In this document: piece after piece, positions 12,573-22,751 of the stretch
Position numbering within the stretch: the stretch's first letter is position 1
Layout of the letters: each line of letters opens with the position of its first letter
From: Felis catus
Lineage: Eukaryota
Assembly: GCF_018350175.1 (NCBI RefSeq)
Contig: NC_058369.1
Location: 23,748,001 to 23,812,000, forward strand
Length of the DNA: 64,000 bases
Direction: 5' to 3'
Program-made: the position numbers and the translations under genes
The notes under the pieces: generated by a model
What the model was told of the DNA's origin: nothing
The model's database searches: none
Seen by the model: the letters and a program-made list of their open reading frames with translations, nothing else

Positions 12573-14817
12573 TTTTACACTTATTTAAATAAAAAAGTGA
12601 GCCCATTCAATTTTTTTTTAATTGCTTAACTAAGACTACATACTGTCTTCAGCTATAGCAAGAGTCAGGAAAGCAGCATTTAAATTACTGAAGTTAAGAG
12701 CCAGTGTATTAGGCCTATACCCTTCAGCACGGCACTCAAAGCCCTCTCCCACCTGGGGATTCCTGTCCAGTGTCTTGTCACCAGATGCTTCACCCTGCAA
12801 ACCCCAAACACCTAGGTCAGAGGTGCTGATGCGCAGACACTGGGGACTTAGAAGAAATAGAGAGGCCCATGGATAGCAGGTTTAAATCCAATGTCCTGTC
12901 AGAGCTCTCTTTTCATGTGTGGCTTGATTTCCCCTGGGATCCATGACCTTGCTGCCTGGCAATCCATTTTCTCATAGTATTGGTCAACTGTGGCATTCTT
13001 GAAGCAACCAATTGCTTCAGGTCTCTGTGAGCTGAATGGCCATGTTGGAGCCCAAACTTGCAACGTGGAAGCACCGCAAGGTGGAAACAAATGGGATCCT
13101 CATCCCAGCCCCTACATCCCTAGGGCTGACTGAGTATTGAGTTCAAAGCCCAGCTCCACCACATAGAATCCGGGGGACGGTGGGTGAGGTATGTAATCTC
13201 CTCGGGCCTCCCCTTCCTTGTCTGAGGATAACGAGAATTCCCGCCTCACGAGATTATTGTGAGGCTAAGTTCATGTAAGCGCAGCATTTAGCACAACGCC
13301 AGCACCAGATGCATGTCCTGTAAACGTATGCTGGTCATCTCTGCTGGCCTAGAGTTTCCCTCACTACAAAGTGTGGATCATGACAGTGCCTACCTCACGA
13401 AACTGTTGTCGGGGACAAACAAGTTCATGTATGTTGGCTCTAGCACCACGGCTTGGTTCCTAGAAAATAATAATGTCCAATGATTTTTTTATCTGCATTC
13501 AGTTATTAGTATAATTATCATTGTGGATTAGCACTTCTAAGAATTAGAACAGCTCTCCAATTTTTTGTGAGAGCAGTTCCCAGATACTAGCAATTAGTCG
13601 AGGCAGATTCCTAATTTCAAAACCTCGGGTATACCAAAATCCAGTCCATGTGCTTCGCTGGGACTGACGTATGGATGAACTTGCAGACGAGTCCAGCAGT
13701 GTGTGGGCTGGTACCTTTCCTAACAAAAGGAGTGGTTTGTGAGTAAAAGAAGCAGGGGCTCCATCTGGCCAGCTGGGTTTACATAATCAGGCTTGAATGC
13801 GAGCCGGCTGCCTCAGGAAGTTCTATGAGGTAAGAAATTCTTGTCCAACAGAAGTTCTTTTTCTACAAAAAGGCAACATAATGAGAAGGGCAAACTACTG
13901 CAGGTTGCCCCCCAATGTGCCGGACTGTGAGAGATTTGCACACACAGTGGCTGTGAGTCCATAAAGCAAATGATATGTCCCCAGTGTCGTCAAGGGCCAT
14001 CTAGGGGGAAGATTTTATCCCACCCTCTCCTCCCCAGAGAGTCTTCAGGGATATGTATTTCTGTTTCAGGAGCTCTGGGGACAGTCTCGGACTTGCAGTG
14101 AACTTACCATATGTGCTCGAATCAGTCACTTCTAACTGGGCCTCAGTTTCTCCATCTGTCAAAAGAGAATATTGGACACATGGCATCTGACATACTTTCC
14201 AGCTTTGATAATCAATTACTCTTTGCTTGCAATAACGGGGAAGATGTGGCAGTTCATTTCTTGAAGTACAACTCAAACCTTTAAAGAAACCAGGAGCTGT
14301 TCCCCACCACGATCCACAGTTGGGCTGTGAAGGCTGGTGAGCCCTTGCACGGATGATTTTGTGTGTTTTTCTGGATGATTTTGTGTGTGTAACCAAGTGT
14401 ATCCAGGGCTAGCTATTATTCCTGCCTGCCTGGCTTTCTTGTCCCTCTCTTCTAGAATAAAGCCCATTTTTTCCCTTTGGAACCTGCCCCTCCCACATCA
14501 GTGAGGCTGTCAATCACAGGGTCTCACCCTCCCAACTCCCTTGAATAAGGTAATTGGATGCATGATCCAAAAAGGACCAGTGAGTCCCTTTAGGGGGCTG
14601 ATATGGATGCTTGGAGGGAGAGGGTCCCTCCTCTTAAATCCTAGCATACTCAAAGCTGTTGGGAATTATCTTTACCACCGAGTGAAAAGAACCCAGCAGT
14701 GACTGATGTCAACCCCACAGAAAGTACAGAGGAAACAAGGGGGAGAAGCAGAAGGGAGGGAGGGAGAGGAAGAAGTGGGAGGAGAGAAAAGGTGGGAAGG
14801 AGGAAAAGAGGGAGGGA

Positions 14818-15022
14818 GGGGCGCCTGGGTGGCTCAGTCAGTGAAGCATCTGACTTCCTCTCAGGTCATGGTCTCACAACTCATGAGTCTGAGTGCCACA
14901 TTGGGCTCTGCGCTGTCAGCTCAGAGCCTGGATCCTGCTTCAGATTCCGTGTCTCCCTCCCTCTCTGCCCCTCCCCCGCTCATGCTCTGTCTCTGTCTCT
15001 CTCAAAAATAAATAAACATTAA
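14818..15022 (+). mobile_element. CanSINE (SINEC_Fc-type) within an old MLT1-like LTR (~14400-15290)
   Basis: ggggcgcctgggtggctcagtcag..ctctcaaaaataaataaacattaa. Confidence 0.93.
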
Positions 15023-15360
15023 TTTGTTTTTTTTTTTTTTTAAGAGGGGAGGGATAGAAGAGAGAGAGAAGCAGGGGGAGATTGAGAGAAAGAGAAAGAC
15101 AAAGGGACGGGAAAGCGGGAAGCAAGGAAGAAGGGAGACCCCTTCAATGACTTAATTCCTTAATATGAACCTCTGCAACCAGCTATGTGTAAAGGGAAAT
15201 TTATGCCTTGACGACTCCAGTAAAGGGAGTATACACCTTCCCTTTTTCTTCAAGTTGTTAGGTTCCTGAAGTGAAGATCCATGTCCCGAAAAAGATTAGA
15301 AACCACCACAAAGGAGCATTTATTAGAGATGGAATGAACTCACTTCAGAAAGAAACAAAG

Positions 15361-15366
15361 TTTATT
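15361..15366 (-). terminator. Polyadenylation signal AATAAA of the terminal exon
   Basis: Plus tttatt = minus AATAAA at the edge of the repeat-free UTR. Further AATAAA copies at 15319-15324, 15523-15532 (two overlapping) and 16877-16882. Confidence 0.65.
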
Positions 15367-18046
15367 TGATGAATATAAATAAGGCGATCAGCACAAAGTA
15401 CTTCTCATACACATGATAACAAATTTATGAACTGTACATACCTTGTATGTTGTTCTACTAGACACGAGGTTACGATGACTGGCTAATACATGCCCACTGG
15501 TAGTTTCTGAGGGTTCCTTAGTTTTATTTATTGTTTTCATATCGAAGTCCATAATCACATGGTCAATATTCACAACCCACATGCCACTCACTTGAAGAAA
15601 AATTACAAGAAGCACTATCAAACGAGGGTCTCTGGGAATTAGATACACTGACCCCTGGCAGCATTCAAACGCCACTCTACACAAAAACATCTCAGATAGA
15701 GCTTATGACAACACGTTGGAGGTCTCATCAGAAACACTGTTTAAAAAGTAAATGGAAACCCACTTTCAAATGAAAGTTGACACGCTGTTAACGTGCATAC
15801 TGGATACACAAAAATCATTAAATACAAAATTGAGACTGTACATCAAAATCAAATGGGGTATAAGGTACAAGCCTGCTTTTGCACAGAGAGAAGACCAACT
15901 TCTCCTAAATGTCAGCCTCAACTTTTTTTTCAACTTCGTTATGATTAGAGGGGTGCCTGCTAACGTTTGCGCAAAGGAAATATCTTCCCGACATCACAGT
16001 GTTTGTTGTAAACCCAGAGACTGTTTTTAAGATGTGAAAAGGAAATTTTTTTGGTAACCCTCCCCCCAACATCGGAGAATAGGTACATGAGATGGGAAAA
16101 GACGCTATGTTTGACGGGATTGAATTTCTAGGGGGCTAAAGAAGATGCCCCCTAATGGTAAGGTTGATAATACTTTAATCCAACAAAAGTGGGGCAAAAA
16201 AATGATCCCCCAAAACAACAGCTGTGACAGAATTGGCACGTACTTAGAAATCGCTAACTATACACGATTGGTTGCTTTTTCTGCTTTGAGGACCCTAATT
16301 TCCCTTGTGGATCTCCTACTTCCTACTTCAAGTATTCAGTTGCAGAGTTCAGGTGAGGATCCCGCTGTAGGAGGCAGTGGGGGCCGCCTACCTGAGGACA
16401 TCCAAATTGTTCACGGGGACGCACTTGCGGCCTGGGTTTGCAGTGCGACCTGATTTCGAAATGTGCTCCATGTGCTTGCAAAGAACTCTGCTCATTTCTC
16501 CAACGGAAACCTAAGTCCCTTTGATAGTTAAAGGACAAACTTTTTAAACGTGAATGTATTTGGATTGTTTATGCAACACAAAAGCTTTACATAGTTCGCT
16601 ATACTTACTGACGACAAGAACAAAGCCAGAAGCGAGAAACCTGCTTGAATATATTACTCCTAATGCACCAAGGATGAACAGTGCAAGTCAGACACAGATT
16701 CATGTTCCCCGACAAGTAAGGTGTCTGTCTTTTAAATACCTCTATGGCTCACGGGAGAGGTCCAGAGTTAATTGCACCAACACTTGGAAAAGTAATAATA
16801 ACGACTGAATGCAATGCAAGACTTCAGGAACACCTGTGTAGAATCCTTTCCACAGCAGCAAAGAAAGACAACTGTATTTATTAAGGCCACTCATGCTTAA
16901 CTTCACTGTTTATCCTTTTAAGAATGTAGATTTTCATTTCCCACTTGCATACATGTGGAAGGGTTTCTTCCATTGACGAGAAAGTGGATCGATACGAGAG
17001 TTGCACATATTTGCCAGACTGGTCATGAGTTTTATGAAGTTGTAACAACTTTAGTTATTTTTTAATCTTCAGAGGAAGCAGTAGGAGTTAAATTCTCCTT
17101 AGTACCATGTCACTGTATGTAAAAGACCTTAAAATTTGGTCTCTTTCCCTGGCATGTGCTTTAAATAATGACGCTGTACCCACAGACATGTTGTGTAGAG
17201 CTATATACAGATACACAGCTTTTGTGATTATTCCTCATTCATCAATGCTTTCATGTTGGATGCTGAAAATGCTTTGGAATCCACGTTGGAGACATTTTTT
17301 AAAAAATGAGAAATGACCCTTCAAGCTTACACTGTTTGCACAGCATTTGGATCTTGAAATGTGAATGAGTCCCAGCTTCTTCATGGAGACCTGCATGTAC
17401 GGGAATGGGAAGAGTCTGAGGCTTGGGCTTATCCCAGCCATGGAGATGTGTGGAACACACGGAATAGAAATATGTAGGTGCCTCAGGCTTTTGCCACTCT
17501 CCGGTACAAAACCGGGGCAGATAAAATTACGAAAGATCAATTTAGATGTGCCATGCATTGTCAAAGACACACACCATGTTCTCGTAAGGCGATTTCTTGG
17601 CAAGTATTAGTGGTTTAAAAAATTGATTTCATTTCCAACCTGGCCCAGAGGTAACTACTGGTTACACCATCAAAACGCGGTTCTTCAAACAGCGGATTAA
17701 AGAAATAGAGGAGGGTAAAGGCTCGCCGTTTTTGGTGTTTTGCTTTCTTTGTCAAACGCTCCATGCATCTTGGTATACAAACACTGCCAACACCACTCAC
17801 GCACAGGATTTACACTTTTTGATAATCTAACGCATTAGGAATGACCACTTAAGCGGAACCAGCAGAAATACTGGAGGTGAAGCTAGTTGTCCAACAGAAG
17901 CAGACTCCACAGCTAAAATCCCATGGAGCTCAAATGTATCCAACGATGTTTAAGTAACATAAATAAAATTTATCAAATAAAATAATGACCTTCAGAAGAG
18001 ATGATCACGTTTTAAATGCCCAAATCCTGACAAAAAGGAGGGTCTG

Positions 18047-18289
18047 TCATGTTTCTCCTCCTCCTCTTTCTTCCTGTCCAACATATCTGAATCCATGAGG
18101 AATGGCATGAGATGATGAAGGAAATATCAAGTCGAACAGAACTGTGCGCCATAATGGAAATGAAAGCTCCTCTTCCAGGCCTGATGAGCGTTCCAGGTGG
18201 CGATGGCCAGTGACGTGAGCCACGCTGCAGTAGATTATCAGAATGTTGCTGCAGAGCTGCGTTTCCCCTTTAGTCTGCTCTTCTGATAG
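18047..18289 (-). CDS. ERC2: Possible alternative ERC2 C-terminus (80 aa, LSEEQTKGETQLCSNILIIYCSVAHVTGHRHLERSSGLEEELSFPLW...), used only if the upstream stop-containing IWA exon is skipped
   Basis: Phase-0 open frame from the acceptor at 18289 to the stop at 18047 (part of ORF 18047..18334). It resembles a long rodent Erc2 isoform tail as recalled, unverified. Translation in cat is not shown. Confidence 0.45.
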   Translation of the reverse strand, partial: LSEEQTKGETQLCSNILIIYCSVAHVTGHRHLERSSGLEEELSFPLWRTVLFDLIFPSSSHAIPHGFRYVGQEERGGGET

Positions 18290-18784
18290 CTGCAACAAGA
18301 AAGCACACAATTTAGCAGGGGAAGCAACTGCCATTGACTCAGGAGAGAATCCTGGCCGGCGTTCCCATACTCACCCCTGCGCTGACCCTCCACCACTCTC
18401 TTTGGTTGCGGTTGGTTGGGATGAGGAAGAGGGCGATGAGGAGGAAGCACAGAGGAAGGGCAAAGTGAACATGAAGTTAAATTATGTCCTGGAAACATAT
18501 CTGAGAGGAGGCCTCTTTCAAAATATGTCACATCCAGGTATAGATGTCTCTTGATAGGCAAAAAGAAACTGAAATTGAAAGGAAATATACCAAAATGTTC
18601 CAGTGATGATTTCTATGTGATCAGACCATGTGTTCATTTTTTTTCTCCCCACACTTTTCTATAATGAGCATGGTTCTTAAACTATTTTTAGCTCGACTTT
18701 ACAGAGACAAGAGAGTTAAAGATGGTCAAGACACCAGAAAACTTAACATCTGCTTACAAACCGTTTAAGAGCAATGATTTAAAC

Positions 18785-19376
18785 ACATACTGGCACTGGC
18801 AATCCCACTCCTGGGTATGAATGCAGAAGAATGGAAAACAGGGACTCAAACAAATACCTGGATCCAAATGCTCGTCGCAGCATTGTTCACAACAAACAGG
18901 GAGAAACAACTCCCAAGTGTCTATCAGCAAATGGATGGATAAGCAAATGTGGTGCATACAGTGGAACAGTAGTACACAGCCCTAAAAAGAAATGAAGTTC
19001 TGATTCATGCCACAATGTGAATGACATTGGGAGACACCATGGCAGTGAAATAAGTGAATAAGCCAGACACCAAAGGACAAATACTGCATGATTCCACTTA
19101 TGTGAAATATCTGGAATAGACAAATTCATAGAAGCATAAAATAGACTAGAGGCTTGCCAGGGGCTGGAGGGAAGGGGAGGGGGGAGTTACTGCTTTGTGG
19201 GTACAATTAAGCAATCGTTTGGGATAGTGAGAAAATTCTAGAAAGGGACAGTAGTGGTTGTACAACTCCGTGTATGTACTAAATGCCTCTGAATTACATT
19301 TAACTTATACATTTATGTTGGTTAAAATGGTACATTTTAGTGTATATTTTACCAAAATAAAAACATACTTTAAAAA
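18785..19376 (+). mobile_element. L1MB-like 3' end fragment
   Basis: gcaatcccactcctgggtat..aatggatggataagcaaatgtgg..gcatgattccacttatgtgaaatatct..tatattttaccaaaataaaaa. Confidence 0.85.
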
Positions 19377-19442
19377 GGACGTTGATATCTCATTAAAGAG
19401 AGAACAAAACAAAGCTGGCCTTCATCCCAGCATGCAATGGCA

Positions 19443-19519
19443 TGTGTATGTGTGTGTGTGTGAGTGTGTGTGTGTGTGTGTGTGTGAGTGTGTGTGTGTG
19501 TGTGTGTGTGAGTGTGTGT
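19443..19519. repeat. (TG)n microsatellite with periodic GA interruptions
   Basis: Directly visible. Confidence 0.95.
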
Positions 19520-20818
19520 ACTCAACCCCAAGCATAGATGTAACGGTCATCCGTCTGCATACTTCATGCCCTGGGGAACAGATATGCAGAAGCACCCCAA
19601 ATGTTCTCACTGCCCCAGTAAGAGGCCCTGGTGTGGAATACAAGTGTAGCCTGGGAAAGTCAGCAAAATGGGTGGGAAGAGAGGACCAGCCCATATGACC
19701 CTTCAAATGCTGATTTTCTTCCCTGCTGATGCTCATTATCATTCACATATGGCCTGCGAATGCTTCGGGAGTTTCCGGGCACTTGGTAATAGTGCAGCTA
19801 TCTGGGGAATATGGTGGGGAGGGGAAAGATCAAACGCACACACGCATACACATAGGCACACATGTGTGAGCCGCTTTTTATATACAGCCTGAGCTGTCTG
19901 ATTTGGTGGCTGATGCACAGAATTTCTCAAGCCACACTGACTAATGAGCGCGCCAAAGATCCCAGTGTCTGCACAGGTAGGCAGTTATTTCCAGCCATCG
20001 TTAAACAGTGCAAATGAAATATGTGGCTTGGATGAACTCTGCTAATTCATACTCTGAGGAGTTTGGTGTAACCCTTCTGGTTAAGAAACTTGAATCGGGG
20101 CAAAAAAATGACTTTTGCAGAGCCAGAAAGCTAGGGAGTTCCTAGAGGAGATCATATTACTCATTCTGGCACATAAAATCTCTGCAAACTTTGTATGAAA
20201 ATTGTAAGTCAGAGCACGCTTTCTGCTCCGTGAGCTGTGCATTGCTCTAATTCTTTTGTGCATTAAGCATTTCTTAATCATCCTTTTAAAGGGCTGACCA
20301 ATATATTAAAAGGCCACATGATTAAAAGGTAAAGAGAAACCCAAAGTAGTACTAAAATGCACCGGTCATATTTTACAGATGGGGAAACGAGTGAAAAATA
20401 ATTACAGTGAATGTCTGATGTCCTTGATGTTTTTCCAAGATAAAGTAGCAAAGAACAATCATTTATTCAGTTGAGAGAAAGATTTCCAGCTGGGTAGCAG
20501 GTCACTAGGCAGATACAGTGCCTCAAAACGGCACTGCACGAGATGTGTGTGCTAGATGAGGTGTGCTCTGAGGAAGAGAGAACACTCCGAAAGGGCCGCT
20601 GCTCCTTCAACCAGACAATCCATTCACGGGAAGGCCTAAAAGGCTTTGAGAGAAAGACTCAGATGACATTGCCAGCAGTTAGAAATGCAGATGATCCCTT
20701 GCTGGGGGGCAAATAAGCTTCTGCTTTAAAAAAAATAAAAAGGAATCTTAGCTTTCAGCAATGAGGCAATCCGGGCAACCACCCACCGTGGGATAATCTC
20801 TGGCTAGTCCTGCCTTAC

Positions 20819-21000
20819 CTGGATGGTCACAGCAGGCCCACTCTGTCCCCACGCCTCTTCTCCCAAAGCACCCAACTCAGTGTTCTCATGTGCCCCCCGC
20901 AGCTCTATTTCCATAACGACATCTATTCCATCTTGTGTTTCCTGTGTACAACCTGAATTTACAATCCCATTGCCCTCAGGATGGAGAGGAGACTCTGGCC
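20819..21000 (-). pseudogene. Candidate decayed exon homologous to the ERC1 penultimate coding exon
   Basis: KFRLYTGN (20960-20937) vs KLKLYIGH; CRYGN (20921-20907) vs CHDRD; LRG (20902-20894); AW (20854-20849); VTIQ|gtaagg with a phase-0 donor at 20818 vs MTRGQ|. No good acceptor remains. Confidence 0.45.
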
Positions 21001-21277
21001 ACGCTGGCCTCTCTCTCTCCAGCCCCACACTTCACGTTCCACCTGTGCTGGGCTTGATTCTGCAATACGAAGCCTTCTTTTCTCCTCGTCTCACACACTT
21101 GTCTGACCCGCGTTTACATCAGCCCTTGACCTGACCAGTGCCTACTTCCTCTTTGGTCTCAGTTTAGATGTCACTTCCTCCCTAGAAGACTTGCCTGACA
21201 CTCCTGAATGTGGGATACAGCGAGGCGTCTCACACATACTTCACTCTCCCCTTCTGGTGATTTGTCTGACTTTTACT

Positions 21278-21735
21278 ATCCATATTGGTAGCCACTACCC
21301 ACGTGTGGCTATTCACTTGAAATATGGCTGGTCCAAATTGAGATGTGCTATAAGTGAAAATACACAGCAGATTTTGAAGCTTTAGTATGGATTTATTTTT
21401 TATATTGATTTTGAATGAATATAAATTAATATAATGAATTTTAGATTTAGTATGAATTTAGTTTTCTTATTTTATCGTTTCTTTTTCCTCTGAATTTTTA
21501 CATTTTTCTTTAAATTCCAGCTAGTTCACACACCATGCACTATTAGTTACTATGAATTTAGTTTTTTAATATTGATTTTGTGTTAAAAGAATATTTTGGA
21601 CATATGGGATCAAGTTAAATATAGTATTACAGTTAATTTCAGTTTCAGTTGGTTTCTTCTTATTTTTAATGTGGTTATGAGAAAACTGAAAACCATTGGC
21701 TGGTATTATATTTCTACCTGAATAATACTGGTCTA
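21278..21735. mobile_element. MER33-like DNA transposon interrupted by an 85-bp insertion
   Basis: gtagccactacccacgtgtggctatt..aaatatggctggtccaaattgagatgtgctataagtg; 15-bp direct repeat tatgaatttagtttt at 21451-21465 and 21551-21565. Confidence 0.75.
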
Positions 21736-21859
21736 GGCTATAAGATCTACAAGGGCAGAGGCCAGGCCAGTCTTGCTCACCTAGCATCCCCGGAGCCTTG
21801 CACAGTTCATGGAACAAACTGATTCACTCCTTCATGCCACAGGTATTAGGGAGCGTTCA

Positions 21860-22464
21860 GAGTAGGCAGAACCCACCCCCTCCCCAGCAATATTTCCTGC
21901 TCTGATCCTGGAGACCGAGACTGTGAACATCTCACACCACGATTATGCTACCTTACAGATTTAAGGAAGGTCGCTAATCCACTGACTTTAAGTTAATCAA
22001 GAGGGTTGACCTGAGCAGACCTAATTTAATCACAGGAACTTTGAATAGCACAGGCTCTTCTCTCGTTAGTAGCAGGAGAGAAAGGGAAATCTGAAACACG
22101 AGAGGGATTTGCTGTGCTGAGATGGAGGGAATCATGGGGCAAGGACCCGAGAGCGTCCTGCACAGTCCACGTGCAGCCCCGAGCTGACAGCCAGCGAGAA
22201 AACTGGGCCCTTAGTCCTACAACCACAAGGAACTGAATTCTGCTAACAACTTGAATGAGCCCGGAGGTGGGTGCTTCCCCAGAGCCTCCAGGTTAAAATC
22301 CAGCCTGGTCAACACCTTGACTTTGGCCTTAGGAGACCCGAAGACAAGGACCCAGTGGTGTGTGACTTGGCTTCTGACCTATAGAAACTGTGACTTAAAA
22401 AATGAGTGTTGTTTTAGTCACTAAGTTTGTGTTAATTTGTTATGCAGTGATAGCAAACTAATAC
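21860..22464 (+). mobile_element. MLT1 (D/E-like) MaLR LTR
   Basis: acaaccacaaggaactgaattctgctaacaacttgaatgagc..tttgttatgcagtgatagcaaactaataca. Confidence 0.85.
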
Positions 22465-22521
22465 AGCTCCTTTGTATCAGGCAGTGTGCTTGGTGCCAGG
22501 GGTACAGTGGTAAAAAAGACA

Positions 22522-22704
22522 GGGGCACGTGGGTGGCTCAGTCAGTTAAGCATCTGACTTCATCTCAGGTTATGATCTGGTGGTTCGTGAGTTCAAGCCT
22601 CACATCGGGCTCTGTGCTGACAGCTCCGAGCCTGGACCTGTTTTAGATTGTGTGTCTCCCTCTCTCTCTCTCTCTCTGCCCCTCCCCTGCTAGTGCTTTA
22701 TGGC

Positions 22705-22741
<37 letters not shown>

Positions 22742-22751
22742 AAAAAAAAAA
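22522..22751 (+). mobile_element. CanSINE (SINEC_Fc-type)
   Basis: ggggcacgtgggtggctcagtcagttaagcatctgact..(ct)n..poly A. Confidence 0.93.

Larger units (their letters stand above)
15345..18289 (-). other. ERC2: Terminal exon (~2.9 kb, mostly 3' UTR) of ERC2 / ELKS2 / CAST
   Basis: Minus-strand acceptor tgtgctttcttgttgcag|CTATCAGAAG (AG at 18291-18290). Followed by ~2.9 kb with no recognisable interspersed repeat, ending at AATAAA (plus tttatt 15361-15366). Exon start resembles the last exon of the paralog ERC1. The 3' end is approximate. Confidence 0.8.

Noticed and set aside
18238..18289. YQKSRLKGKRSSAATF* as the true C-terminus of an unknown gene
   Set aside because: No recalled protein ends this way; the ERC1 homology lies in the other two frames.
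18243..18554. Plus-strand 103-aa ORF with an acidic stretch (DEEEGDEEE)
   Set aside because: It is antisense to the ERC2 acceptor region; the acidic run comes from a pyrimidine-rich intronic tract on the minus strand.
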